A DNA stretch of 64,000 bases. It comes from Pseudomonadota bacterium (GTDB lineage Bacteria > Bdellovibrionota_B > Oligoflexia > Oligoflexales > CAIMVM01). Of the stretch, positions 12,446-22,855 are shown piece by piece (position 1 is the stretch's first letter; every line of letters begins with the position of its first letter). The position numbers and the translations under genes were made by a program. Under the pieces are notes generated by a model, which was given only the letters and a program-made list of their open reading frames with translations, made no database searches and had not been told where the DNA came from. The stretch is taken from the NCBI GenBank assembly GCA_037142195.1, contig JBAXBA010000007.1, positions 1 through 64,000 on the forward strand, in the 5' to 3' direction.

Positions 12446-12825
12446 TTTCCAGTGTCCTCAATAATAAATATTCTGTGTCCTTGGATGTAACGGTCACCTT
12501 CAATTTTGTCAGGCACCCAAATAGACCTGTAGCGTGGCTCAGAAATCTTTGGATCTTTTGGCTTTTCGGTTCCGTTGGTGGTCGCTTGTCGCAATCCTTC
12601 TTTTTGTTGGTAGTCCTTGTGTCCTAGATAGCCGAATGCTGCACCGAGGCCGGCACCAATGACGGCGCCAATCGCAGTTCCTCTAGGACTGTGCTCCGTC
12701 GAGAGATTTCCCATGCTGCCGCCAGCTGCAGCTCCCATACTCGCCCCAAGGAGCATGCTATCTCTAGCGGTAGCGCAACCTACGAAGAGGAATGGAATGA
12801 TAATGAGTGATATAAATAATTTCAT
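12430..12825 (-). CDS. Glycine-zipper lipoprotein (candidate VirB7/TraV-like)
   Basis: Lipobox FVGC, Gly-zipper, C-terminal YRSIWVPDKIEGDRYIQGH resembling the TraV tail. Confidence 0.65.
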   Translation of the reverse strand: MKLFISLIIIPFLFVGCATARDSMLLGASMGAAAGGSMGNLSTEHSPRGTAIGAVIGAGLGAAFGYLGHKDYQQKEGLRQATTNGTEKPKDPKISEPRYRSIWVPDKIEGDRYIQGHRIFIIEDTGKWTTN

Positions 12826-12919
12826 ATAAGGTCCTTAAAGTGGAATGATGAATGGAGTCGTGTTTGGAATGGGCTCCGTATAGGAGCCTATCGGGAATTG
12901 AGTCGATTTCGCAGGGGCG

Positions 12920-13786
12920 TTAAAGCGCGATTCTCGCTTGGCTTTTTCGTGCATCCAACAGATGCTGGGTCGTCAACGTAGATGAGCTGTTGACCGGCGG
13001 TTGACTACCCTCCCGATGCATTAAAAGATGCAGTGTATCCCGAATGGATTTTCCTGATTCAGGGCCAGTACAAAACTTTGCAGACCAACCATGCTTAGTG
13101 AATTGATCCGCGGATACGAAATTGTGGATATCGCCGCGATAGGAAACCAACTTCGTGATCTGCTTTTGGATCGATCGCGCTTGCGATTCGAGTTCTACAA
13201 GCCAAAGGACCCTAAAAACTGTTTGTTCTTCGCTGTAGTAATCACCAACTGTTTGATAAAATGCCGAGGCTTTCTGGTTCAGCTCTACTTCTACACCCAC
13301 AGGAAAAATCTTTTCATTGCTAGGAATTCCCCAGTAACCATCGGGGCGGTGTATTTCTGGACTCGGCACCCATGATGGCAGTGATTCTGTCGCGTATCGA
13401 CGCAGTTGCTGTTCTGAAAACAATTGAACGTTTTCGGGACGATCAATCAGCCACTCGCCGAGATGGAATGCGCTGACAAGTCCGTCGTGACGGGTATGTT
13501 CCGAGCCAAAGCCTTCTTCGCGCAAGGCAGGAAGAAATGATCGGATAGCCTCGAAACCTTTTTTTGAAAGGGTCCAATGAAAATTTTGTGCCCTTTCGTC
13601 CGATACGCCTTTAATAATTCCTGCTCGCTCTAACCGATTCAGCCGATGATAGGCTACCACGAGCGAAGTCTTAGGGAAGAACTTCAAGTGCAGAGCCCGT
13701 GTCGTGACTACTTTCCAACGCCAGAGAAAACCAAGCAAAGGAATATCCCGCTCACTTGATAGTTTCACTTTAATCTTTTGCTTCAT
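12920..13786 (-). CDS. Replication-relaxation (Replic_Relax-like) protein, candidate relaxase
   Basis: N-terminal wHTH (ERD...RLNRLE), H...E, RPDG...VEVE...K PD-(D/E)xK-like core; GAGGTG RBS. Confidence 0.7.
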   Translation of the reverse strand: MKQKIKVKLSSERDIPLLGFLWRWKVVTTRALHLKFFPKTSLVVAYHRLNRLERAGIIKGVSDERAQNFHWTLSKKGFEAIRSFLPALREEGFGSEHTRHDGLVSAFHLGEWLIDRPENVQLFSEQQLRRYATESLPSWVPSPEIHRPDGYWGIPSNEKIFPVGVEVELNQKASAFYQTVGDYYSEEQTVFRVLWLVELESQARSIQKQITKLVSYRGDIHNFVSADQFTKHGWSAKFCTGPESGKSIRDTLHLLMHREGSQPPVNSSSTLTTQHLLDARKSQARIAL

Positions 13787-13796
13787 TTCGGACACC

Positions 13797-15266
13797 TCAC
13801 GCCATTTCAAAAGGAGACGATTCTGGAATTGAATCCTCTTGGTGCATATCAGTGGATTCTTCGCTATGAGTTTTAGAAAGGGAGTCGACGGATTTTCTCA
13901 AGGGTGCAAGCAGTGCCTCAGAGGTTTCGATCGTTAGGAAAGGTGTTTGAACTTCAGTCATTTCAATTCCCGATTTCCAAAGGGCACGCCCTGGAATGAC
14001 TGGAAGATCGGTGGCTCTGCCATTTCCCAGAACTGTCATGCTTGAGGCATCGTTTGACATAGGAAAACAAAGCACTCCAGTTAAGTTGGCCTTGATCTGC
14101 GGATCAAGGGCTCGTACATCAGGCCTCTGTGTTGCAATTATTAGATGAACCCCAACTGCGCGTCCTTGCCTTGCAACTTGGCTCATAATGCGTCTAGCTT
14201 TTTGAATTTCCGTTGCTGATGCATGGCTACCCGCAAGAAACATTTCGGTCGCCTCATCAATGACAAGGAGCATCCTATTTAGAGACTTAGGCTTCATTTC
14301 CTGGGCGTTGGTCCCAGTCTTTTTTGTTGCAAGTGCATCGATGTCTTTGACCTTGTTCTCTTTCAGAATACCCATTCGGTCGTTCATCATTTTTTCAACT
14401 CGCTTAAGATCATTGATTGCCGAGGCAACACTAGGGACGACTTTGACTCTTTCCAAGTTTTCAAAAAGCTGGAACTCCAGACCACCTTTAAGATCGATCA
14501 GAATAAAATCCATCTTTTCATTCTTGAGATATAGCGTTGTAATCATCTGTCTTAGAAAGGTTGATTTACCGCCACCGGTTTGACCAGCGACTAATAAGTG
14601 TGGCGTATCGCGAAGGTTTCCTTTGATATCCTTTGATCTTGTTTTCCCGATTCGAAATTGAATACCTCTAAGGCCGTTAATACCAGCCCATTCGACCGAG
14701 GAAGGCATAGGAAACTTAGAGTAGATGATATCAAAGCAACCTTGCCCTCGATCTTCTTTGATTTCGTCGATATACACTTGAAGCCCCGTCTCAAGAGCTG
14801 GCTTTGCGGCTTCAAAGTCTTTCTTTGGGAAATTGGCGCTAGTGATACGTAACTTGCGCGTATTCACATCGATTGGGAAGTCTCTAAGAATCCGTGGTGT
14901 TCTACCAAGTCGATTCTTAAGACCCGATGTCAGCAAAGCTGTTTCGAGCTTTCGCTCAAATTGATTGAATAGTGTGGCTCGATATGTCGCCCAAGCGACA
15001 AATCCAAACGAGATCGCACCAATCGAATAGATGGAAAAGAGAATGGTTCCTCGTGGGTAGAAGAATTCTATTCCCATCCGATGGAACATAAAGCTGTCCC
15101 AGCGAAACAGAATAAGCAGCGCCGCCAATAGCCCAACAAACCCGCATGCTGCCCACGGAATGGAATTGCTACGAAAACCAAACCACAGTTCGCGAACTGG
15201 CCGCAGCATCAGTCGAGCATTGGTTAGTGCGGCTTGGAGCCTGTCAGGTTGAAACTTGCTAGACAT
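13797..15266 (-). CDS. FtsK/SpoIIIE-domain membrane ATPase (TcpA-like coupling protein candidate)
   Basis: Two N-terminal TM segments; PHLLVAGQTGGGKST, IDLKGG, VIDE, GRAVGVHLIIATQRP. Confidence 0.88.
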   Translation of the reverse strand: MSSKFQPDRLQAALTNARLMLRPVRELWFGFRSNSIPWAACGFVGLLAALLILFRWDSFMFHRMGIEFFYPRGTILFSIYSIGAISFGFVAWATYRATLFNQFERKLETALLTSGLKNRLGRTPRILRDFPIDVNTRKLRITSANFPKKDFEAAKPALETGLQVYIDEIKEDRGQGCFDIIYSKFPMPSSVEWAGINGLRGIQFRIGKTRSKDIKGNLRDTPHLLVAGQTGGGKSTFLRQMITTLYLKNEKMDFILIDLKGGLEFQLFENLERVKVVPSVASAINDLKRVEKMMNDRMGILKENKVKDIDALATKKTGTNAQEMKPKSLNRMLLVIDEATEMFLAGSHASATEIQKARRIMSQVARQGRAVGVHLIIATQRPDVRALDPQIKANLTGVLCFPMSNDASSMTVLGNGRATDLPVIPGRALWKSGIEMTEVQTPFLTIETSEALLAPLRKSVDSLSKTHSEESTDMHQEDSIPESSPFEMA

Positions 15267-16150
15267 CAGCCGCCTTCCTTTCCGAACAGCACATAGAACG
15301 ATGTTCCCTCGGGGACTTCGATAACGGGTTTTTCGTTTTTCAGGGACGACATCATCTCGCGGGATTGATCCAATGCAGCACGATTTGTGCCATTTAACAT
15401 CGCGTTTCGCACTGTGGACTTGTTCACCACTGCTGGACCCTGAACTTCCTTTTCCTGAAGACCTTCAGACAATCCGGAAATGAAGTTGAGACCAATGCTT
15501 CCCCCAAGGCGTAAGGCATACTGACCTGCCTTTGATCCCTTTAAGCCTGGAGTTTTATCGCTGCTGTCAGCGGCGTCTGCCTGAATTGCAGCCATTGATC
15601 CATCTTTAAAGACGACCTTGTCGAATCGGATGAAAAGCCTTTCCTCAGATGATTGTCCTGTACCGAGCAATACTGCTTCTGGCTCGATAAGTTCTTCGCC
15701 ATTAACGACAAGGCCATCAGTAAGAATTGCTTTGACAGGCCCGTTGGAAGCGCCAATTGCTAAGGAGGCCATCGCCAAAGCTCCCGGAGTGATAGAAATG
15801 TCTCGCGGGCGTTTTAAAAGCTTGGGGCCATTTAGCTTCAATGGCATTCCTTGTGTCCTCAACTTAGGCAGTTGATCCACGTCCTGAGAACCAGAAAGGG
15901 CGTCATAAATAGGTAGATTCAAACCGCTACTATCATCAGAAGGAGTAAAGTCATTTGGCAAAGCTACCGCTTTTGTAGCCTCTGATGACTCCTCAGGAGG
16001 TCCTCCGACAATAACAGCCACGGCAACAATCCCTAGTACAATGGCAACGATGAGACCGAACTTTCTGGTGCGCGCGAATTCCATGAGACGATCTGACCGA
16101 CTTTGCAGCCGGTCCTTTAGAATTCTTGGAGTGTCAGTGTTTTTTTCCAC
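15266..16150 (-). CDS. TrbI/VirB10-like (TraM/TraB-like) T4SS protein
   Basis: Single TM, linker, C-terminal beta domain ERLFIRFDK...DG...PGLKG...VIEVPEGT; GTG start with GGAGG RBS. Confidence 0.75.
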   Translation of the reverse strand: MEKNTDTPRILKDRLQSRSDRLMEFARTRKFGLIVAIVLGIVAVAVIVGGPPEESSEATKAVALPNDFTPSDDSSGLNLPIYDALSGSQDVDQLPKLRTQGMPLKLNGPKLLKRPRDISITPGALAMASLAIGASNGPVKAILTDGLVVNGEELIEPEAVLLGTGQSSEERLFIRFDKVVFKDGSMAAIQADAADSSDKTPGLKGSKAGQYALRLGGSIGLNFISGLSEGLQEKEVQGPAVVNKSTVRNAMLNGTNRAALDQSREMMSSLKNEKPVIEVPEGTSFYVLFGKEGG

Positions 16151-16526
16151 GTGCGGTTCCTCCCTGTGGTGCTTCGATGGCATCGCGCACAACGACGATG
16201 CTTTGGCCCCCCGATTCTGTTGCCCGGAGATCAAAGGTGAATCGACGCCCAAGCATGTAGACAAAAAGATTTGATCTGGCATTTGTTTTTAGAGGTGAAA
16301 TCGCCAGGTCATTTTCGACGTACTCAATTCCAAAAGATCCGGTGTTGCCTAAAATTACTTTGGTCGCCTTGGTCGGGAGGCTTAAGACAGTGCCTCTAAT
16401 CAGAACGGGAATCGCGGCAACCTGAGTATCTTTCAGATAAACCGTTTTCACTTCCTGACCGTAGGCGTTACAACTAGCTATCAAAACAACAAACAGCACG
16501 TTAGTCCCTAGGTTTGCAATTTTCAT
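16134..16526 (-). CDS. TrbG/VirB9-like T4SS protein (short)
   Basis: Signal peptide; VILGN...LAISP...SNLFVY..GRRFTFDL resembles the VirB9 N-domain; operon position. Confidence 0.65.
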   Translation of the reverse strand: MKIANLGTNVLFVVLIASCNAYGQEVKTVYLKDTQVAAIPVLIRGTVLSLPTKATKVILGNTGSFGIEYVENDLAISPLKTNARSNLFVYMLGRRFTFDLRATESGGQSIVVVRDAIEAPQGGTARGKKH

Positions 16527-17062
16527 TTGCCAATTTCCTTTCTATCGACGTTGTCAACTTTGCTAAGGAGGAGGCCGTAGGGGTTATCTTCGGTGCGTGT
16601 GGTGCGAGACACTAAAACCTCAAGTATGATGGGAAATGCTGATCTAATCTTATCGATGGATACTAGTCGATCAGCATCTACTCGAATGGCATCACCCTTG
16701 ATGGTTACGGAGTTAACGACCAGTTTTTGACCCATTCCCTTCTTTCTAAGGTCTTCCATTTCGATAGCGCGGGCTTTTAACTGTGGTAACGATAGATAGG
16801 CTGATTTTGCATCAATGCCTGTGCCAAAACGCTGAGGAAGCACTTCCTCGACAAAACCTTTAATCTCAACATCTGTGACATTGACCGACACCTTTTTGGC
16901 AGATTTGGAAATGCATCCTCGTTCGATGACAAGGGGATCTTTAAGAGCAAGTTTGGCGACTATGGTCGCAGTCGTGACTAACGAAATCGACAGCGCGCCA
17001 ATTACAAACTTTAAGGTTACGTTTTGGGCTGCGATATCGGCCCATGCAGTTGGAAATCTCAT
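16523..17062 (-). CDS. VirB8/TraE-like T4SS protein
   Basis: Single N-terminal TM and C-terminal RTEDNPYGL motif. Confidence 0.75.
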   Translation of the reverse strand: MRFPTAWADIAAQNVTLKFVIGALSISLVTTATIVAKLALKDPLVIERGCISKSAKKVSVNVTDVEIKGFVEEVLPQRFGTGIDAKSAYLSLPQLKARAIEMEDLRKKGMGQKLVVNSVTIKGDAIRVDADRLVSIDKIRSAFPIILEVLVSRTTRTEDNPYGLLLSKVDNVDRKEIGK

Positions 17063-17063
17063 A

Positions 17064-18050
17064 TTACTTTTCCTTCCAGGAAATTTTTAAACCAGAGTCG
17101 GTATTCTTGTGCTTGCGATTCTTTAAAGGAGAGCGCACGACACCGCTGCTGTAGTTCTTTGCTTCTTCCCGTTTTGCCTCAAAATGCGCCCGCGCCCGAG
17201 CGATAGGCATGGTTGTGATGCGGCGCGCGCCAGTAATTAAAGTCTGAGCTGGAGCCGTCGCTAAAGCGGAAAGGCTTGCTGGACCAGCAGCGCTCGCAAT
17301 AAGAGCGGTACCCGCGCCGCCACTTAAAGTTCCTGCGAGTCCGGCGACACCCTTATTGATAAGAGCACGTACTACCAATGGTGTGAAAATAACTGACAGT
17401 GACAGCATGATAGTATAGGTGAGTATTGTGATGAAATTAGTTTGCTCGTTTACGTTTTCAAAATTGTGGATTGCCGAACTCCACAGGAGTGTGCCGAGGA
17501 CAGACCATACGATTTTCCAGCCGGAAATCTCAAAAATGGAACGAAATAGGGCGGATGTAGCCGCCGCAGTTTGGGGCAAAATGAAGAACGCAATCAATAG
17601 TGGCGAAAAGACATAGAGGACCACCCATGCGTAGGCAATGGCAGCATCGAAAAAATAGACCGTGACATGAAGGATATAGAAGGCCAGGTACGAAATGACG
17701 AAAATAAATGAATCCCCAATTGAGGCCCAGGACCACGAAAGAGATTTAAGAGCTGCACCGGCTTTGCCCAAGACTAGTTTGTAGGAATTGAGATCTCCGA
17801 TGCGATTTGCAAGAGCATCAGCAACATCCGCTACGGCGTTGGCAATTTCTGGATAGCTGATGAGCAGTACCGCTGCAATGAGAGTCCTACCCACCAATTG
17901 TGAGAATCCAGGCATCCCTCCAAGGGGAATCTTGAAATACTCGATCACAACTCCGATCAGCAAAAACACAACTGCCAGAGAGAAGAAAATCGATACAAAA
18001 ATACTGTGAATATTTTGTGCCTCTTGAGTGACCCATGCGTAGTCCATCAT
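17064..18050 (-). CDS. VirB6/TrbL-like polytopic membrane protein
   Basis: Multiple TM helices, SPLLIAFFILP, Gly/Ala-rich tail; operon position. Confidence 0.72.
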   Translation of the reverse strand: MMDYAWVTQEAQNIHSIFVSIFFSLAVVFLLIGVVIEYFKIPLGGMPGFSQLVGRTLIAAVLLISYPEIANAVADVADALANRIGDLNSYKLVLGKAGAALKSLSWSWASIGDSFIFVISYLAFYILHVTVYFFDAAIAYAWVVLYVFSPLLIAFFILPQTAAATSALFRSIFEISGWKIVWSVLGTLLWSSAIHNFENVNEQTNFITILTYTIMLSLSVIFTPLVVRALINKGVAGLAGTLSGGAGTALIASAAGPASLSALATAPAQTLITGARRITTMPIARARAHFEAKREEAKNYSSGVVRSPLKNRKHKNTDSGLKISWKEK

Positions 18051-18052
18051 AG

Positions 18053-18757
18053 TTAGAGCCTCGGAAATTTGAATTCGGGTCGCATAGAGGTCATCGCTGC
18101 GTTGAGTTTGTCCGATGTGCTGCGAACCTGATCACTATAGACTTTGTCTTTCCGGTTTTGAATTGCCATGGATTGCGCTTGAAGCTTAAGGCCGGTTGCT
18201 TGAGCACGAAGAGACTGATTCATCACATGAAGCATGATGCCTAAAGATTGAGCTGTGATCTTTTGCGCTCCCTTTGGAGATGCAACGTTGCTATTGCGCT
18301 TGATTTTCTCGCCAATTTGATCGATTTCTCGCGCGTAACCGTAGATCGAATTGTTGAGAGAAATCGCCTCTGCGGCAGTCTGATCGGCGTCTTGTTGAAC
18401 TTTAAGTTCTGACGAGTCCACTGAGTTTCCATAGACATTCTTCACATACCTAAGGGCATCTTGGGCGCGAAGCAGCTCGCGGTACAAACCAGGGTCAAGG
18501 GCAGCACCTACGGAATTAACGAGACCAAGGGCGTCGTTTAAACCACGGTTTACATCCTGCATAAGGCTAAGTGTGTCCTGTCCCGTAGAAAGAAGTTGCC
18601 TCAATTGTAGAAGTTGCTGAATGGCATTCGCAAGGATCTGAGTTAGCACAACGACATCGCCGCCAAAAACATCAGCTCGGGATGTTTTTGGCGCTATCAT
18701 CAGAGAGCAGGCAACGATCCCTGATATTACCCTACTTTTGACGTTCCTAGATTTCAT
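18053..18757 (-). CDS. VirB5/TrbJ-like secreted helical protein
   Basis: Signal peptide, Gln-rich helical protein between VirB4 and VirB6 homologues. Confidence 0.6.
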   Translation of the reverse strand: MKSRNVKSRVISGIVACSLMIAPKTSRADVFGGDVVVLTQILANAIQQLLQLRQLLSTGQDTLSLMQDVNRGLNDALGLVNSVGAALDPGLYRELLRAQDALRYVKNVYGNSVDSSELKVQQDADQTAAEAISLNNSIYGYAREIDQIGEKIKRNSNVASPKGAQKITAQSLGIMLHVMNQSLRAQATGLKLQAQSMAIQNRKDKVYSDQVRSTSDKLNAAMTSMRPEFKFPRL

Positions 18758-18768
18758 AGTTTTCCCCT

Positions 18769-21174
18769 TTACCCGGCAGAGGAGACTCCGCGCGGGTATA
18801 ATTCAGAAAGCTCTTTGAGAATTTCCTGATGAGACTTTTGTGGGTGAATCTCCCGGTAAGCATCGATTGCCGCTAGATCGCGGGGATCGGTGGTTGCAAT
18901 CCATAGTTCTAGCGGCGCTGCTTCAATAACAGCAAGTGTTCGATTAGCACCCGCAATCAGAAAGGCTTCTGAAAAGACGCCCTTTTTCTGGTGCAGCGAA
19001 CTAACCAGCGCCACTTCGTTGTCGTTAAGTGCTAGAACCTCTTTGAGCCTGGTCTTGTCACCTTGAGGCTGGAGCAGTACCCACTTGACAGCACAGTTAG
19101 GCATAATGGCGCTCGCAATCTTTGACCTGGCAAAGTCGTCAATATCTTGAGAGATTGCGATAGCAGAGGCGTAGTATTTGCGAAAGGTACGGAATACTTC
19201 TTCAATGAAAACGAGTCCTGCATCACTTTTTAGGAGCTTCCAGCATTCATCAAAAACTAGAAACTTCATCGTCTTTCTATCGCGCTGGACCTCACGCCAA
19301 ACTAGGTCTGTGATGATGAATAGACAAATGGCTTGAAGATCAGGATAAGATTCCAATCCCTTTAGGTCGAAGGCTACAACATGAGAGTCAAGCTTGACGT
19401 TTGTAGGGCGATCTACAAACCTGCCGTATGGAGTATCGCCACACCAGGAATTTAGAATACGACCATAGCGGACTATCGACGCATCGGGGTGGGCAAGCAA
19501 TAAGTCCCTCAGTTCACTTAGACGCGGAGATACGCTCTTTTCATAGAGGCGTTGAATAGCCTCTTCGATTTCTGAGCGTTCAAGACGCGGGAGCCGCTCT
19601 TGTTCGTCTTCTTTGGTCATCAGTTCAATAAGCCCCAAGAGAAATTTTATCTTTTGACTTGAAGGCACCGTTTCTCCAGGCGCGAGGTCGAAAGGGTTAA
19701 TGGCGATACCCTCAGTCAGCGACAAGTCCACATATTGGCCCGATAGGTTCTCGCAGAGCTTTTTGTAGGAACCGCCGATGTCTACAAAAAAGACACGCGG
19801 ATTTTCCTTCAGCATCTGAAGCAAAAGCACGTTAGTGAGGAATGACTTGCCTGCGCCCGATGCGCCGCTGACAAGTTGATTGGCGTTGGTTAGCCCAGGA
19901 TCGAACGGATCTATTGAGAGTAGATTACCCATTCGCGTTCTAAGTAGTATACGCGGCTCTCGATGCCCTCGCCACGGACCATAAAGAGGCACTAAGTCAC
20001 AAAGATTTGATGTTTTCATGCGCTTTGATCGATCATTGACTCGTGAGTTAGGCAAAGAAAATTGCGTGAACAAGTCAAAAGCAGCAAGACTTTCTTCGAG
20101 CCCTTCGGCTCTTCCCATTTCTCTCATGACAGAAAGCGTTTGCGCGACTTGCATTCGTAAGTGCTCCTCGTCATGGCTACGAAGTAAAACATTCATGCTG
20201 CCGTGGAATACCTTTTCACCCTGGGCGATCATTTGTTCCAAAAGGCGTTCAAGATCCGTAAACTTCGCCGTGCTCTCAATGTCCGAGACACCAGACTTTT
20301 TGCCGAAAGCCATGGAATAGGCGATTCGCCTCTGGGTTTGAAGGCTTTCTAGCTCCTTCGTTTGATCGGGGACATGAATAGTAAAAAAAAGTCTGGAGTC
20401 GAATGGCATCTCTCGAAGTACCGACGCCATGGACGAATAGGATTGATCTGGCAAAAGCTTCAGTGAAATCACACGATGGTGCATCCCGCCAATGGCAAAT
20501 CCTCGATCTGAAATGCCAACGTCGGAAAATAGGAGAGACGTACGTACCGACTCCGGATCAAAACCTTTTAGCTCAATAGGTCTATTTGGATTCCACTGCT
20601 GGTAAATCAGATTCATCATCGCTTCAACAGCGATAATCTTAGGCTCCATACCTAAGGCCATAAGCTGCGTTGTCATCTCCTCTTTTAGTCGTTCCGCATC
20701 CGCAAGTTCGCGATGAAACGCCGCTTCATTCATCTCGTTGAAACTTGCTTGTCTTGTGAATATCTTAGGCTTACGGAGACGACTGCCTGACCAAGCGCGC
20801 CGGGCTAAGAGAAACAAGGAATGATGGGGCAAACTACCCTCGCCATCCAGTTGCTCGAGTTGCTTGCATCGTTGTTCTGTCATTGAAGCAGCTAACGATT
20901 GTTTGTTCGCAACAGACAACTTGCCGTGATTCTCAATAATAAAACTATTCCCACCTTTGATATCCTGTATAAATTGAAGATCCAGACCGCTTGGGAGGCT
21001 GTTTAGAAACTGTTTTGTGCGCTCGGAAAAATCGTTGATCATTTCGTCCGATGAACACGAGACGTCTAAGGGTGCAAGCTCAAATCCGAACCCTATGGAA
21101 CCATCAGCAAAAACTACATTTCCATCTTCAATTCCCCAAATTTGGAGATAGTCAGCGAGTGTCTCACTCATCAT
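18769..21174 (-). CDS. virB4: VirB4/TraC conjugative ATPase
   Basis: GASGAGKS Walker A, VDIGGSY, INPFD, VFDECW, FRKY...ISQ; start at the ATGA overlap with the upstream gene. Confidence 0.92.
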   Translation of the reverse strand: MMSETLADYLQIWGIEDGNVVFADGSIGFGFELAPLDVSCSSDEMINDFSERTKQFLNSLPSGLDLQFIQDIKGGNSFIIENHGKLSVANKQSLAASMTEQRCKQLEQLDGEGSLPHHSLFLLARRAWSGSRLRKPKIFTRQASFNEMNEAAFHRELADAERLKEEMTTQLMALGMEPKIIAVEAMMNLIYQQWNPNRPIELKGFDPESVRTSLLFSDVGISDRGFAIGGMHHRVISLKLLPDQSYSSMASVLREMPFDSRLFFTIHVPDQTKELESLQTQRRIAYSMAFGKKSGVSDIESTAKFTDLERLLEQMIAQGEKVFHGSMNVLLRSHDEEHLRMQVAQTLSVMREMGRAEGLEESLAAFDLFTQFSLPNSRVNDRSKRMKTSNLCDLVPLYGPWRGHREPRILLRTRMGNLLSIDPFDPGLTNANQLVSGASGAGKSFLTNVLLLQMLKENPRVFFVDIGGSYKKLCENLSGQYVDLSLTEGIAINPFDLAPGETVPSSQKIKFLLGLIELMTKEDEQERLPRLERSEIEEAIQRLYEKSVSPRLSELRDLLLAHPDASIVRYGRILNSWCGDTPYGRFVDRPTNVKLDSHVVAFDLKGLESYPDLQAICLFIITDLVWREVQRDRKTMKFLVFDECWKLLKSDAGLVFIEEVFRTFRKYYASAIAISQDIDDFARSKIASAIMPNCAVKWVLLQPQGDKTRLKEVLALNDNEVALVSSLHQKKGVFSEAFLIAGANRTLAVIEAAPLELWIATTDPRDLAAIDAYREIHPQKSHQEILKELSELYPRGVSSAG

Positions 21175-21494
21175 CGGGCACCTCTTGCATTTTTGTTTGG
21201 TGGCAGTGGCCACTCGGAGGGTTCGTTGAACGCAAAGAGTTGCTTGCGACGGAGCTGGAAGCGCACCAAGTGAATCAAATAATTGTCTGGTTTGCCGCGC
21301 TTTCCGATTCTTAAAGTCACAGCTAGAAAGATAGTTGGCAGCCAAACTAAGACCATCTTCATGTCCGTCCGACCAAACATGAAGTTCAGAAGGGAAAGTA
21401 AAAAGAAGATTGCGAGCAAGTCAGGAATCTCATAGCCAGCAATCTGCAGTTTTTTGTCGAGGCAGCGGCTAATTTGGGCTGTTTTAAGTGCCAT
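21171..21494 (-). CDS. VirB3/TraL-like membrane protein
   Basis: Small 2-TM protein with KRGKPDNYL, directly upstream of virB4; AAGGAG RBS. Confidence 0.72.
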   Translation of the reverse strand: MALKTAQISRCLDKKLQIAGYEIPDLLAIFFLLSLLNFMFGRTDMKMVLVWLPTIFLAVTLRIGKRGKPDNYLIHLVRFQLRRKQLFAFNEPSEWPLPPNKNARGAR

Positions 21495-21518
21495 GGAACT
21501 CCTTTTGACAGATGATAA

Positions 21519-21555
21519 TCGGCGAGTCCCCTGCCTTGAGGCTGGGGCCCGCCGA
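21519..21555 (-). other. GC-rich stem-loop after the pilin gene
   Basis: TCGGCGAGTCCCCTGCC-TTGA-GGCTGGGGCCCGCCGA imperfect dyad with no U-tract on the coding strand. Confidence 0.55.
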
Positions 21556-21565
21556 AAACTTTCGG

Positions 21566-21853
21566 CTAGTTGATCATGCCGCGTATGAACGCGATGATGC
21601 TGGGTGCGCCAAAACCGATTACGGCGCCCATCATGGCAAGAAAGAGATGCGACCTTGCATTGGCGTTGCCAGTAAAGAAGGAAAATGCGGCAAATACTAA
21701 CCCTAGAATTCCGGCTAGCGGCAGAATGACGTTGATTAGTTTATTCTGTACTGCCATCAAGCTAGACTCTACGCTACCCAAAGCAAGCGATGAGGCGAAA
21801 ACCAAACAAACGGTCAAAAACGACAAACCAAATCGTTTACTTGCAATAGACAT
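21566..21853 (-). CDS. TrbC/VirB2 family pilin
   Basis: 95 aa, signal peptide plus two hydrophobic helices ending GFGAPSII; GGAGG RBS; upstream of VirB3/VirB4. Confidence 0.82.
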   Translation of the reverse strand: MSIASKRFGLSFLTVCLVFASSLALGSVESSLMAVQNKLINVILPLAGILGLVFAAFSFFTGNANARSHLFLAMMGAVIGFGAPSIIAFIRGMIN

Positions 21854-21931
21854 TTATAGACCTCCACAAAGGCGGAAACATTGGCGGCGTGCTACTCAGA
21901 GGTAGATTCGGAGCCGTGATTTTGTGGAACA

Positions 21932-22276
21932 CTACTCAGCCGGAAAAAGGCTCATGAACACCCGACGGTCAATAAGATTAAATCGAATCTCAAGATGCGT
22001 CTTTAAATCCATGCGAAGACGGGCAGCCCCTACCGGATTCTGAAACCGAACTCCCTCTTCGTCTCGGAGAATTTTGCTAAAGAGGGTGTAGTTTGGATTT
22101 TCTCCAAAGTTTCTATTAAGGAAGTATGTCACCCCCGGAAACATGTGCAGCCTGAGACTATAGAATGACTCATCTCCCTTGCGAATGGCTAGTCCAGCAT
22201 TTTTTGGAAGCAGTAGCTTTCCAGCTTCAAAGCGGCCAACTAGTAGTTCGTGTTTCAGTTCATTCACGTCATTCAT
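21932..22276 (-). CDS. Hypothetical beta-rich protein (weak DUF736-like resemblance)
   Basis: 114-aa ORF with AAGGAG RBS in the tra operon. Confidence 0.6.
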   Translation of the reverse strand: MNDVNELKHELLVGRFEAGKLLLPKNAGLAIRKGDESFYSLRLHMFPGVTYFLNRNFGENPNYTLFSKILRDEEGVRFQNPVGAARLRMDLKTHLEIRFNLIDRRVFMSLFPAE

Positions 22277-22288
22277 CTTGGGAGCTCC

Positions 22289-22531
22289 TTAACCATTTAA
22301 TTTAAGTTCGTCAGATACGTGATCGAACAGTTCTTGATCTCTTTCTCTATTCGCCAGATCATTCCCATTGGCAAACGCTTCGCGACGTTGTTCGGCACGG
22401 TGTAGTTCACGGCAATTGACCCGTATTCTTTCAATTAGACTCCGGCAGTTTCCTAACACTTCAACTGGAAACTGGTCCAAAGCTAACAACAAAGGTTTAA
22501 TTGACATACTGATGCGGCCACTCAAGGCCAC
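22289..22531 (-). CDS. Hypothetical protein
   Basis: Short co-oriented ORF ending 12 nt before the next gene; start uncertain (ATG near 22507). Confidence 0.4.
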   Translation of the reverse strand: MALSGRISMSIKPLLLALDQFPVEVLGNCRSLIERIRVNCRELHRAEQRREAFANGNDLANRERDQELFDHVSDELKLNG

Positions 22532-22855
22532 GTCAATTTTGCCGATCTGTGCTCGTCTCGACGGCTGCTGATAATCGCGGACAGAGCTCGGTCTATACGC
22601 CTTAAAATGCCTTTGCTTCGGTGACTATTCGTGGGCATTTCACCACGAAGTTTGATCAAATCGGCGCGCAATTCTTCGAGCATGTGTGTCACTTACTGAC
22701 TCCTTCTTGAAGCTAAAACCCAACGTGTCGTGCCCTTTGAACACGCGAATAGTGCTCGCGCTGATACTTAGCCGATTGTGCGTGATCCCACCAGACCGCT
22801 TCGTGTGATCTCCAGAGCGAGCGCAGAGCACGGCGAACGGATTTGAGTTTGATTT

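Noticed and set aside
16151..16282. N-terminal extension of the VirB10-like ORF
   Set aside because: It overlaps the VirB9-like gene; GTG at 16150 has a GGAGG RBS
21175..21345. 57-aa N-terminal extension of VirB4 in the ORF track
   Set aside because: It overlaps the VirB3-like gene; the ATGA overlap at 21171-21174 is the better start
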